A stretch of DNA of 54,270 nucleotides from Oscillospiraceae bacterium (GTDB lineage Bacteria > Bacillota > Clostridia > Oscillospirales > CAG-272): assembly GCA_015065335.1 (NCBI GenBank), contig SVQM01000002.1, forward strand, positions 1 to 54,270. Reading direction: 5' to 3'. Every line of letters begins with the position of its first letter. The stretch's first letter is position 1. Positions 37,150 through 47,032 of this stretch are shown here, piece by piece. A program made the translations under genes and the position numbers. The notes below the pieces were generated by a model. It did not search any database and had not been told where the DNA came from. It worked only from the letters and a program-made list of their open reading frames with translations.

Positions 37150-38763
37150 ATGCAGAGAAAAACTTTGATTGCACTTTTGTGCGGACTTCTTGCGATACTT
37201 TTGTGCCTCGGAACTGTACTTGTTGTGTATAAGTTTACACAACAGGAAGATGATACACAGATCTATCAACAGAAGCTTGATACCGGTAAGAAGTATCTTG
37301 AAAGCGGCGAATATGATCAGGCTATCGCATCATACAAAGCAGCTATCGATGCGGATCCCACAAATGATGAGGCGTACTATCAGCTTGCAATACTGTACAA
37401 AGACCTTAACAGAATGCAGGATATGAAGCTGATCCTTGAAGAGGGTATTGCAAAGACTGCTTCCGCAAGACTGAAGAATCTCTATGATTTTTATTTCAAA
37501 GAATTCCAGAGTGGAAACAATCAAAACACAGAGGATAACGGAGATATAAACATCGAAAACACGGATGACGATAAGAATGCGGAAAAAGGAAAAATCAACA
37601 TCAGCTATTCAAACAGCCGTGTTATCGCAAACTATACATTCAAGGATTATGTGATCAACTACAAAAATGCAGATCTCAATAAGGTAAATAATGAATACAG
37701 ATACACATTTACCGGTCTCAGAGGAGTTGTTTATTTCTTCAACAGTGAAGAAGGTGAAAGCATCGACTTTGCAGGGAATATTCCTTTCGATGCTGTAAGA
37801 CCTAACTATGTAATTCTCGATGATCTGTATATGATGTTTGACGGTGTTGAGGTAGGTCAGAGAGTAAAGGTTTCAGATCTTGTGCCTCTCGGTGCATCTG
37901 TTACAAAGTCTCAGGCGTATGATAATACCCTCGGAAATTATGTTCAGTTTGTATTCAACAACTGTGTATTTGAGATCACTGTTGACGAAAATGAGACCTT
38001 TGGTATGGATTCTACACACAGACTGTACTCTAAGTTCGGTACAGGTGCAGGTGACATCGTAAAGAAGTTTACTAATGTTATAAGCATCGTTGATGCAACC
38101 ACCGGACGAGGTGTTGCAAATGCGGATGTTGCGATCCGTGAAGGAACAAACACTGCAGGAACACCTGTATTTACCGGCCGTACAGACAGTCAGGGAAATG
38201 TTGAGTTTGAGCTGTATGCAGGTACATATAATATGGAAGTGACCTGTGAGGATTATATTATTGAGACATTTGAATTTGAGGTTTATTCCACAGGTATCTG
38301 CTCTGTTGAGAACATAACCATCTCTCCCGAGCTTCAGGATGCAGCGATCAGAATCGTTCTTGAATGGGGCGATTATCCTACTGACCTTGATTCTTACTAT
38401 ATAGATGATACCGGAAGAGCTAGAGTATCTTACCGTAACCGTCAGTATTATGACGGTGATAAGCTTATTGCTGAGCTTGATGTTGATGATACTACCGGAT
38501 ACGGACCTGAGACCATAACCGTATATGATACAAGCCGTGATTTTTCATATGCGATCTGTGATTTCCATAATACAGGAGAGCTGTTCTCGAGAAATGATGT
38601 TACCGTTAAGGTGTATGTGGCAGGTGAGTCTCAGCCTCATGTATTCAAAACTCCCGGTGATTCAAGTATAACAGATCCTGTATGGGAAGTATTTGAATAT
38701 TCTAACGGAAGAATCAGCTATACGGGTACTTCAGGTCAGGGAAGTCCTACAGGTAATAAGTGA
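37150..38763 (+). CDS. N-terminally anchored TPR / CarboxypepD_reg-like / DUF2135-like beta-domain protein
   Basis: 537 aa. TM helix LIALLCGLLAILLCLGTVLVV, a TPR segment (GEYDQAIASYKAAIDADPTNDEAYYQLA), a beta-sandwich (VDATTGRGVANADVAIREG...TDSQGNVEFELYAGTYNMEV) and a LEWGDYPTDLDSY...LDVDDTTGYGPETITV motif. Confidence 0.55.
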   Translation: MQRKTLIALLCGLLAILLCLGTVLVVYKFTQQEDDTQIYQQKLDTGKKYLESGEYDQAIASYKAAIDADPTNDEAYYQLAILYKDLNRMQDMKLILEEGIAKTASARLKNLYDFYFKEFQSGNNQNTEDNGDINIENTDDDKNAEKGKINISYSNSRVIANYTFKDYVINYKNADLNKVNNEYRYTFTGLRGVVYFFNSEEGESIDFAGNIPFDAVRPNYVILDDLYMMFDGVEVGQRVKVSDLVPLGASVTKSQAYDNTLGNYVQFVFNNCVFEITVDENETFGMDSTHRLYSKFGTGAGDIVKKFTNVISIVDATTGRGVANADVAIREGTNTAGTPVFTGRTDSQGNVEFELYAGTYNMEVTCEDYIIETFEFEVYSTGICSVENITISPELQDAAIRIVLEWGDYPTDLDSYYIDDTGRARVSYRNRQYYDGDKLIAELDVDDTTGYGPETITVYDTSRDFSYAICDFHNTGELFSRNDVTVKVYVAGESQPHVFKTPGDSSITDPVWEVFEYSNGRISYTGTSGQGSPTGNK

Positions 38764-38786
38764 TATAATTAAAAGGAAATATAAAA

Positions 38787-39314
38787 TTGTTGTTAATTGT
38801 AATAGGGGCACTTGCTTTAATTGTTTTGGTTATAGGAATAGTCATATTCATAAAAGCAAGAAATGATGAGATCAACAATTACTACAGCGCTGCTCAAAGT
38901 ATTCTCAAAGAGAATAAGCTTGACGATCTTCTGAAAAATCCTTATAACGGAAATGTATCTAAGGACAATTATCGTATTAAGCCGATGCTGTACATGAAAT
39001 TTAAGGATAAGAGTAAATGCAAGTATGTTTTTGATCTTGCCGAAAATGTATACATCGGTCGTGATAAGGAAAAAAACCAGGTCTGTGTAAATGAGGCTAT
39101 AGTGTCTCAGCAGCATTGCGTTATAAGTACTGATGGAGTAAATGCATATGTTCAGGATCTCAATTCAGCAAACGGACTTGAGGTCAAACGAAAGCTTACT
39201 ACATATACTCTTGGAAGCGGTAATTCGATGATACTTGTATCAAAGGATGTTCTGAAGATCGGTACTACAAAAATTAAGGTCGTCGTATTCTATTTTGATA
39301 TGACCTTGATGTAA
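38787..39314 (+). CDS. TM-anchored FHA-domain mini-protein (I)
   Basis: 175 aa with a TTG start. N-terminal TM helix. FHA signature IGRD...SQQH...NSANGLEV with the canonical G-R, S-x-x-H and N-G residues. Confidence 0.75.
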   Translation: MLLIVIGALALIVLVIGIVIFIKARNDEINNYYSAAQSILKENKLDDLLKNPYNGNVSKDNYRIKPMLYMKFKDKSKCKYVFDLAENVYIGRDKEKNQVCVNEAIVSQQHCVISTDGVNAYVQDLNSANGLEVKRKLTTYTLGSGNSMILVSKDVLKIGTTKIKVVVFYFDMTLM

Positions 39315-39463
39315 TAATATACCGCACAATCACGTAAAACTGGTTGTGCGGTATGCCGTAGAAAGATAACTTGATAAAGATAGATTTTTATCGGAATTTA
39401 AGCTTGTTTCTATGGTATTTATGATGATGCACCGATTATTGTACGGTGAGTAAGGAGATATAG

Positions 39464-42400
39464 ATGGTACTTATTGCATATAGATCGGATCTGTATAAGG
39501 AATTTGTTCTTCCCAATACAGATAACAGTGATTTTTCAATACTTCTTGATAGAGATATTTTTAAGTTTGTAGAGGATATAGATCTTCACGTAGAAGTAGC
39601 AAGATCTGTGAGAAAGCTTCGTGCGTCAAAGGATTACCGTATCAAATTGAACGGCGAAGTTGTAAACGAATGCGAGCTTCACCATGGAGATATTATTTCC
39701 ATAAAAACTAAAAACGGTGAGAGATTTAACTGTATTATTGCTGATACAGCACCAACCTTTGAAGTTCTTGAAAAATATGATATAAGTGCCACTTCATATA
39801 TCAGCATTGGTGAGGATAAGGATAATATCATATCCTACAGCTTCAATGATCTTGTATCAAAATTTCACTGTGAGATCAGACGTAATAATGACGGATTCTA
39901 TATCACCGATACAAGTAAAAACGGTATTTTCCTGAAATCCGAAAGAATAAACAAAACACATCATCTCAGGTTCGGTGATGAGATCAACATTTTCGGACTT
40001 CATATAGTATTCCTCGGAAATATTCTCGCAGTTGCATCAAACTACGGTGAGCTTTCTGTGAGCGATAAGTATTTGAAAAAATATGTTGCACCTACCAGAG
40101 AGAGAGCCACAAGAGGTTCTTCAGACGGTCATAACGAGGTGTATTTTGGACGTTCTCCCCGTCTTCATTATAACATAAACACCGATCCTGTAGATATAGA
40201 GGAACCGCCGACACCAAAATTTTCAAAAAAGAAGCCTCTCCTTTATACTATCGGTCCCGCATTTACAATGGCTATCCCAATGCTTCTCGGCTCCGGAATG
40301 GCTATCGTAAGCTCGCAGATGATGGGACGTTCATCAAGTGCTTTTATGTATACAGGTATCATAACAGCTATTGGTTCTGCCGTGATCGGTATGATTTGGG
40401 GCATACTCAATATGCGATATGCAAAGCAAACGGAGCAAGAGGAGGAGCAGGAGAGGTTTAATGCATACGGCAATTATCTGATGGAGCAGGTAAACCGTAT
40501 TCAGGAATGTTATGCTGAGAATGTAAGCTCCATGAACAGCATGTACCCTTCAGCCGTAGATTGCAGCCGATATGATGTCAACACATCTCAGCTCTGGAAC
40601 AGAAACCGTACCCATAGTGATTTTCTTTTCTGTAGACTTGGAATAGGAGATGTTCCGTTCCAGGTGGATATTTCCATACCCAGAGAGAAGTTTAATGTTG
40701 TTCAGGACAGCCTCAGAGAAAAGCCTTCTGTTATAAAAAGTGAATATGAAACACTCAGAAATGTTCCCGTGGGAATAGATATGGCAGAGGCGAGACTTTA
40801 CGGTATTGTTGGCGGTAGGAATAAATCCGGTGCCATGAAGATCATGTATGATATCGTCTCACAGGTAGCGGCGAATAACTGCTACACAGACGTAAAGATG
40901 GTCTTTATATATAATGAAAAAACAAAATCCGACCGTGATATGTGGAACTTTGCGAGATGGCTCCCTCATACGTGGTCTGAGGATAAGAAAACACGTTATC
41001 TTGCCACAAACAAGAATGAGGCAGCAGACGTGTTCTATGAGCTTGCCAATATTATGCGAATCAGAGGCGAGAATACAAAGGATTCTATAAGCGGAAAGCA
41101 GCCTATTCAAAAGCCTCATTATTTGCTGTTTATTCATGATGCGGAGATGCTTGAAGGACAGCTTATATCAAAATATGTGTTTGATCCCCGTCCCGAATAC
41201 GGTCTTACCACATTTATTATGAGCGATCTTTATACGAATCTTCCCAATGAGTGTGAGAATATTATTCAGCATGACGGACAGTTCTCGGGGATCTACAATG
41301 CTACTGAAGCCGTAACAAAGAAAAAGGCGGTAAAGTTTGACAGCGTATCTGCAAATGAGGTAATGGGCCTTGCAAAAAGACTGTCAGATGTAAGAGTCAA
41401 TGAGATAGAAAGTGTTCTTGATATACCGTCCGGTATTGATTTCTTTGAAATGTACGGTGTCAATTCTCTTGCGGAATTTGAAGTGTCCGAGCGTTGGAGA
41501 AAAAACAGAACTTTTAATACCATGAAGGCACTTATTGGTAAAAAAGCCGGTGGCCAGGATTGTTATCTTGATATTCATGAGAAATTCCACGGTCCTCACG
41601 GACTTGTTGCAGGAACTACAGGCTCCGGTAAAAGTGAGCTTCTTCAGACATATATGCTGTCTCTTGCAATAAATTACAGCCCTGAGGATATCGGTTTCTT
41701 CGTAATCGACTACAAGGGCGGTGGTATGGCAAATCTGTTTGAAGGACTTCCTCACATGATCGGTCAGATCTCTAACCTTTCCGGAAACCAGATCCGCCGT
41801 GCTATGATCTCAATTAAAAGTGAGAACAGACGACGCCAGCGTCTTTTCAACGAAGCAGGTGTCAATAACATAAATCTGTATACAAGACTTTACAAAAACC
41901 ATGAGGTCAGTGTGCCGATACCGCATCTTTTCATCATTATTGATGAGTTTGCGGAGCTTAAAAAGGAAGAGCCTGATTTCATGAGAGAGCTTATAAGTGT
42001 AGCTCAGGTTGGACGAAGCCTCGGTATCCACCTTATTCTTGCAACTCAGAAGCCTAACGGAACTGTAGATGATAATATCTGGAGTAACTCAAAGTTCAGG
42101 CTCTGTCTCAGAGTTCAGGACAGACAGGATTCCACCGATATGCTTCATAAGCCTGATGCTGCGTATATTTCCCAAGCAGGACGAGCATATCTTCAGGTGG
42201 GAAATGACGAGATCTATGAGCTGTTCCAATCCGGTTGGAGCGGTGCCGCATATAACGAAAACGAGGGACTTTCCAAGATAGAGATCGCAAAGATGATCCA
42301 GAATACGGGAAAGACCGCCATTGTGGGAAGCCGTCATCAGAAGAAGGCTAAGGACAGAGAGCGAAACGAGTGGTACAGCCACGTTGCAGAGTGTATCGAT

Positions 42401-44452
42401 ACCGTTGTAAAAGAAATGGGATTTGACAGCGTCGCTTCATTCAAAGCTACTGATGGTGGTGATACCGATAGCCTTTTGACTGATGTGATCAAGGAAATGA
42501 CATCCCGAGGACTCGATTTTGCGGATACTAAGGCTAACAGAATGAGCCTTGAGAATTTTATAGAGCTTTGGCCTGAGACATCAGAGATATCTGATGTAAT
42601 AAGAGCAGTTCAGGAAAAGGCATCCGATGGCGGAATAAAGCTGCCTGAGAAAAAAGAGAAAACTCAGCTTGAGGCGATCGTTAATTATCTTGCAAAGGTA
42701 GCTGCATCTGAGGGATATAATTATAATCTCCAGCTTTGGCTCCCCGTTCTTCCTCAGACTATGTATCTGCAGGATATAAATAACCATGCTGATATGTTTG
42801 ATCCTGTGATGGGTTGGAAGCCGAACGCTACTGACAAATGGGATCTCAGTGCGGTCGTGGGATTGTATGATGATCCAAAAAATCAATCTCAGCTTCCTCT
42901 TACTGTGGATTTTTTAAATAACGGACATCATGCTGTATGTGGAATGGTAGTAAGCGGTAAGAGTACGTTTATGCAGACGCTTATGTATTCTCTTATAAGC
43001 AAGTACTCTCCCGATCATCTTAATATGTATCTGCTTGATTTCAGCAGTCATATGCTTGCTCCATTTGAAGCAGCACCTCATTGCGGTGGTGTCGTATTTG
43101 ATCAGGATACAGATAAGGTGTCAAAGTTCTTCAGTATGCTCACCGCAGAGATGAATCGCAGAAAAGCTATGCTCGGCGGAGGAGATTTCGTTCAGTATAT
43201 CAAATCCGGCAAGGGCAATCTTCCTGCATGGGTTGTTGCGATTGACAATTACGCCGGATTCAGAGAGAAAACGAACAATGAGTACGATGATGCTGTTCTT
43301 CGAGTTGCAAAAGAGGGTATCGGTTACGGTATCTTCCTTGTAATCAGTGGTGGTGGATTCGGAATAAGTGAGATCCCCGGAAGAGTGGGAGACAATATCA
43401 GAACTGTTATAAGCCTTGAGATGGGTGATAAGTTCAAGTACATGGATGTTCTCAGGACTACGGGAATCACAACACTTCCCGAGGTGGGAGTAAAGGGACG
43501 GGGACTTGCAAATGTTGACGGAAATATCCTTGAGTTCCATACGGCTCTTGCTTGTGTAGCTGATGACGACTTTGTAAAGAGCCGTATCCTTGAAGAAAAA
43601 TGTATGGAAATGAATGAGGCTTGGACAGGTGCTAAGGCAAGACGTATTCCCGAGATACCTCAGGACTTCACATGGAACGTATTTGAGGAGCTTGATGAAT
43701 ATAAGAGTGTCGTTGGCAATGGAGAAATCCTTCCTTATGCTCTTTGTGAAAATGACGCATCAGTTTACGGCGTTGATCTGTCAAGAACGTATTGTTATGC
43801 TATCAGTGGTAAGGGAAGAACAGGTAAGACAAATACACTGAAGCTTCTTATGCTTTCGGCAGATATTCTCGGTGGAAAGATGTTTGTGTTCGAAAACGGT
43901 ATCCAAGAGCTTAAAAAGACTGCCGAAAAATGCGGTGCTGAGTATATTTCAACCGACAAGGAAATATTTGATTTCTGGAGTGGTATCAAGGATGAGTTTG
44001 TGCGCCGTAATAAGATAAAGCGTTCCCTTGTTAATGACGGTCGCAGTGAGGCTGAGATATACAGTGTAATGAAAAATGAGGAGCCTATGTATCTGTTTGT
44101 GGCAGATATGGGTTCATTTATGGACAGCATTTACAACCCCGAGGCAGGAGTTGGTGAAATGAAGGGCTTTGTAGAGAATATTATGGAAAAAGGAATGCTG
44201 CATAATATTTTCATTTTCGGTTGCATAAATACAGATAATGTAGCTGTTACCGGTACATATCAGGCATATAAGAGCTTTGTGGGATATAAGACCGGTGTGC
44301 ATCTTGGCGGTAACGTGAATTCACAGAGGATATTTACATTCCAGAATATTCCTTATGCGGAGCAGTCTAAGGCAATGAAGAAGGGTATTGGACTTGTACC
44401 CTCTGCTGAGGATGATTCTGTGGCAGAGAGGATTGTAATTCCCGTAGTGTGA
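39464..44452 (+). CDS. essC: EssC/YukB-type FtsK-SpoIIIE family T7SS ATPase
   Basis: 1662 aa with an AAGGAG RBS. Two N-terminal FHA-like domains (second one: SKFH...TSKNGIFL) and two TM helices. A degenerate P-loop (GGRNKSGA), then Walker A motifs GTTGSGKSE, VVSGKST and GRTGKTN. Confidence 0.9.
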   Translation: MVLIAYRSDLYKEFVLPNTDNSDFSILLDRDIFKFVEDIDLHVEVARSVRKLRASKDYRIKLNGEVVNECELHHGDIISIKTKNGERFNCIIADTAPTFEVLEKYDISATSYISIGEDKDNIISYSFNDLVSKFHCEIRRNNDGFYITDTSKNGIFLKSERINKTHHLRFGDEINIFGLHIVFLGNILAVASNYGELSVSDKYLKKYVAPTRERATRGSSDGHNEVYFGRSPRLHYNINTDPVDIEEPPTPKFSKKKPLLYTIGPAFTMAIPMLLGSGMAIVSSQMMGRSSSAFMYTGIITAIGSAVIGMIWGILNMRYAKQTEQEEEQERFNAYGNYLMEQVNRIQECYAENVSSMNSMYPSAVDCSRYDVNTSQLWNRNRTHSDFLFCRLGIGDVPFQVDISIPREKFNVVQDSLREKPSVIKSEYETLRNVPVGIDMAEARLYGIVGGRNKSGAMKIMYDIVSQVAANNCYTDVKMVFIYNEKTKSDRDMWNFARWLPHTWSEDKKTRYLATNKNEAADVFYELANIMRIRGENTKDSISGKQPIQKPHYLLFIHDAEMLEGQLISKYVFDPRPEYGLTTFIMSDLYTNLPNECENIIQHDGQFSGIYNATEAVTKKKAVKFDSVSANEVMGLAKRLSDVRVNEIESVLDIPSGIDFFEMYGVNSLAEFEVSERWRKNRTFNTMKALIGKKAGGQDCYLDIHEKFHGPHGLVAGTTGSGKSELLQTYMLSLAINYSPEDIGFFVIDYKGGGMANLFEGLPHMIGQISNLSGNQIRRAMISIKSENRRRQRLFNEAGVNNINLYTRLYKNHEVSVPIPHLFIIIDEFAELKKEEPDFMRELISVAQVGRSLGIHLILATQKPNGTVDDNIWSNSKFRLCLRVQDRQDSTDMLHKPDAAYISQAGRAYLQVGNDEIYELFQSGWSGAAYNENEGLSKIEIAKMIQNTGKTAIVGSRHQKKAKDRERNEWYSHVAECIDTVVKEMGFDSVASFKATDGGDTDSLLTDVIKEMTSRGLDFADTKANRMSLENFIELWPETSEISDVIRAVQEKASDGGIKLPEKKEKTQLEAIVNYLAKVAASEGYNYNLQLWLPVLPQTMYLQDINNHADMFDPVMGWKPNATDKWDLSAVVGLYDDPKNQSQLPLTVDFLNNGHHAVCGMVVSGKSTFMQTLMYSLISKYSPDHLNMYLLDFSSHMLAPFEAAPHCGGVVFDQDTDKVSKFFSMLTAEMNRRKAMLGGGDFVQYIKSGKGNLPAWVVAIDNYAGFREKTNNEYDDAVLRVAKEGIGYGIFLVISGGGFGISEIPGRVGDNIRTVISLEMGDKFKYMDVLRTTGITTLPEVGVKGRGLANVDGNILEFHTALACVADDDFVKSRILEEKCMEMNEAWTGAKARRIPEIPQDFTWNVFEELDEYKSVVGNGEILPYALCENDASVYGVDLSRTYCYAISGKGRTGKTNTLKLLMLSADILGGKMFVFENGIQELKKTAEKCGAEYISTDKEIFDFWSGIKDEFVRRNKIKRSLVNDGRSEAEIYSVMKNEEPMYLFVADMGSFMDSIYNPEAGVGEMKGFVENIMEKGMLHNIFIFGCINTDNVAVTGTYQAYKSFVGYKTGVHLGGNVNSQRIFTFQNIPYAEQSKAMKKGIGLVPSAEDDSVAERIVIPVV

Positions 44453-44531
44453 TCGTTTGTGTGTCAGTAAAGCATTGTGTTGTACAGTTTTCAAAGAGAG
44501 GAAACCTTTGTAAAAGGGTACGGTATATGAA

Positions 44532-45248
44532 ATGGTTTCTGTTCTGTTGAACAGCGGCAACTCAAAGGAACTTCGGTACCTTGAGGATTATACAAAATTT
44601 TTGTCGGCAAGAGTAAGTGAGGATGAATGGGAATACAGTGTTTTCCGGTCAATGGAGGATGTCCTTGCTTATCTTGACGGCTGTCCCCTCATAGATATAG
44701 CCTGCGTTGATCTGACGTTGAAGGGTGGACTTGACGGTGCTAAGCACATCCGCGGGCTCAGCGGAAACACCTTTATGCTTGTAATAGCAGATAAAAATGT
44801 TTCACCAATGAGCTACATAAGTCCCGATGTCATGGCAACATCGCTTTTGCTCAGACCTTTTGACGGGGCTCAGCTCAAGGAAGTCGTCGGAAAAACCGTT
44901 AAAACTTACATCAAAAAGTTTCGTGAGAATGATGTAAAGGAAGATGTGTTTGTTGTAGACGGCAGGGATGGGAAACAACTCATTCCTTATGATAGAATAT
45001 TCTGTTTTGAGGCTCGTGAAAAAAAGGTGTTTGCTGTGACAGATAACGCAGAGTATCCGTTTTACGATACTCTTGAGAATCTTGAAAAAGAGCTTCCGAA
45101 GCAGTTTGTCAGATCACACAGAGGATTTATCGTCAACGTGGACAGGATAGTAAAGATACTTTTGTCACAGAGTATCATCATGATGGATGATGAGATGGAA
45201 GTACCTCTGTCGAGAAGCTACAAGAGCAGGTTTAAGGATATAGTCTGA
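44532..45248 (+). CDS. LytTR-family DNA-binding regulator with atypical receiver-like N-domain
   Basis: 238 aa. C-terminal LytTR signature (FCFEAREKKVFAVTDNAEY...FVRSHRGFIVNVDRI). The N-domain has a candidate acceptor Asp (IACVDL) but lacks the N-terminal acidic pair. No histidine kinase is present in the window. Confidence 0.8.
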   Translation: MVSVLLNSGNSKELRYLEDYTKFLSARVSEDEWEYSVFRSMEDVLAYLDGCPLIDIACVDLTLKGGLDGAKHIRGLSGNTFMLVIADKNVSPMSYISPDVMATSLLLRPFDGAQLKEVVGKTVKTYIKKFRENDVKEDVFVVDGRDGKQLIPYDRIFCFEAREKKVFAVTDNAEYPFYDTLENLEKELPKQFVRSHRGFIVNVDRIVKILLSQSIIMMDDEMEVPLSRSYKSRFKDIV

Positions 45249-45259
45249 GAGGCATCGTA

Positions 45260-45973
45260 ATGAGAGAAAGTGTATATAAATCATACAGCATGAGAGGGAC
45301 AGAGCTCGCTCTCTTACTGGCATCAAAAAACAAAAAAAGCATTCATTCCTTTGGGTTTATTGACGGAACTGAAACAAAAGAGGATTATGTTTATGCTATT
45401 GACCATATGGTAAAGCAGGGAATAGCGGAAGTAAGGGATGAGAAAATAATTGTAAAAAAGCCTTACGATGAGATGCTTGATTGCATGGTCAATGCAAAGG
45501 AAGTTATAACCATAAGATCGTCAAATGATGAGCTGAGAGATTACTGTATCTATTCGGAAAGTGATGACTCTGTCCTCGTTCTTGGTTTTTCTTCGCTGAA
45601 AAAGAATCAAGTGGTCCTTACACATCTTAAAAGCAAGGAATTTATGGAGTCATTTCTGTCTAAGGAGTATTTTCCGAGCGAGGTATTTGATTCTGTGGGT
45701 GAAGAACCCGAGGTAGTTTCTCCCGATATATTTATGAACATGGTGGATATGCTCAGGTATAAGAGGGATATAACAGATGTGCGTTTTCTTCTCGGGATAG
45801 ACATTATAAGCAAAGTGAGACTTGAAAGAGAGAGCTTCATTGTTGCACATATGCCTACAGGAATTTATACGGTCCGTTGCAGAGGTAATGACTTTGACGT
45901 TGAAATGTATAATAAAGAAATGTTTGAGAGAAAGCTCTTTAAGATCGTGAAGGGAGATTTTGACGAGATATGA
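45260..45973 (+). CDS. Hypothetical cytoplasmic protein (T7SS-locus accessory)
   Basis: 237-aa ORF, 11 nt after the LytTR gene and overlapping the YukD-like gene by ATGA. No motif recognised. Confidence 0.5.
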   Translation: MRESVYKSYSMRGTELALLLASKNKKSIHSFGFIDGTETKEDYVYAIDHMVKQGIAEVRDEKIIVKKPYDEMLDCMVNAKEVITIRSSNDELRDYCIYSESDDSVLVLGFSSLKKNQVVLTHLKSKEFMESFLSKEYFPSEVFDSVGEEPEVVSPDIFMNMVDMLRYKRDITDVRFLLGIDIISKVRLERESFIVAHMPTGIYTVRCRGNDFDVEMYNKEMFERKLFKIVKGDFDEI

Positions 45974-46218
45974 TAACGGTAATGATACATTCCGTGATGT
46001 TTGATGCGGATTATGAATTTTGTCTTGATTCAAATACTGCAGTGGGAGAGCTGGCAGATGAGATCGGAGAAGTGATCTGCCAGAAGGAGCAGTGCAGACT
46101 TAGCGGTGATCCCGAACAGTTTATGCTATACAGCCTTGAGCGCAAATGTGTAATTGATCCCGGGGCAACACTGAGGGATTACGGTGTAAAAACAGGAGAT
46201 ACATTGTATTTCGGCTGA
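45970..46218 (+). CDS. esaB: YukD/EsaB-like ubiquitin-fold (beta-grasp) protein
   Basis: 82 aa. Size, position relative to the essC/WXG genes, and the C-terminal TLRDYGVKTGDTLYFG pattern are typical of the YukD family. Confidence 0.7.
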   Translation: MITVMIHSVMFDADYEFCLDSNTAVGELADEIGEVICQKEQCRLSGDPEQFMLYSLERKCVIDPGATLRDYGVKTGDTLYFG

Positions 46219-46282
46219 AAATGTGCAACTCATCCTCTAAGAAGTGTCGTTTGTCAGTTTTTGTGCCTGATGTACGGTAATG

Positions 46283-46291
46283 TGATATAAT
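46283..46291 (+). promoter_or_regulatory. Candidate extended -10 element (TGaTATAAT) upstream of the WXG100 genes
   Basis: tgatataat lies 66 nt upstream of the 46358 start and is followed by an A-rich leader. There is no good -35. Confidence 0.3.
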
Positions 46292-46357
46292 GATACCGTC
46301 GAAAGAACAAAGCACAAAAACAAAACAAAAAACAATAAAGAAAAGAGGAAAACTACT

Positions 46358-46654
46358 ATGATCAGAGTATCAGCAAACGAGCTTATAGCAAAGGCAAACG
46401 AGCTCAAGAATCTTAACGCACAGCTTAAGGCAGCCATCGGTGAGCTTGAGGCAAACGAGGAGACACTGAGAACCATGTGGGAAGGCGAAGCAAACGACGC
46501 ATTCCACACCGCATTCACCAATGACAAGATCCAGATGACAAACTTCTACAATGCTATCGAGGTATACATCTACCGCCTCCTTGAGATCGCTGCTAAGTAT
46601 CAGCAGGCAGAGGCAACGAGCAAAGAGATCGCATCCGCAAGAACATACCACTAA
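46358..46654 (+). CDS. WXG100 family protein (EsxA-like) 1
   Basis: 98 aa with a GAGGAAA RBS. Helix-turn-helix layout with a central W-E-G (TMWEGEANDAF). Confidence 0.85.
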   Translation: MIRVSANELIAKANELKNLNAQLKAAIGELEANEETLRTMWEGEANDAFHTAFTNDKIQMTNFYNAIEVYIYRLLEIAAKYQQAEATSKEIASARTYH

Positions 46655-46687
46655 TAATAAGACAGAAGAGAAAAGGAGAAAAAGAAA

Positions 46688-47002
46688 ATGGAAGGCATTC
46701 TTAGAGTAACACCTGCTGAGCTTATCAGCATTTCAAACGAATTCAGCGGAAAGGGCAGCACTATCAGCTCCCTTACATCAGAGATGACAAACCAGGTAAC
46801 CGGACTTTCATCAGTCTGGGAGGGCGATGCAGCAACTGCATTCGTAACCAAGTTCAGAGGGCTTGACGATGACATTCAGCTCATGAACAGAATGATCCAG
46901 GAGCACGTTCAGGATCTTCAGGATATGGCTAATGCTTACAGCCAGGCTGAGAGCGCAAATCTCAGCGATATCGAAGGATTTTCTTCCGACGTTATCGTTT
47001 GA
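46688..47002 (+). CDS. WXG100 family protein 2
   Basis: 104 aa with an AAGGAGAAA RBS. SVWEGDAATAF motif and a C-terminal ...EGFSSDVIV. Confidence 0.85.
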   Translation: MEGILRVTPAELISISNEFSGKGSTISSLTSEMTNQVTGLSSVWEGDAATAFVTKFRGLDDDIQLMNRMIQEHVQDLQDMANAYSQAESANLSDIEGFSSDVIV

Positions 47003-47032
47003 TTTGAATAGATAGCTTACCCTTGAATTTCA

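Noticed and set aside
39412-39453. 13-codon uORF (MVFMMMHRLLYGE) whose stop overlaps the essC RBS
   Set aside because: It has no Shine-Dalgarno of its own and there is no evidence of conservation, so it is likely fortuitous. It is only worth revisiting if ribosome profiling is available.
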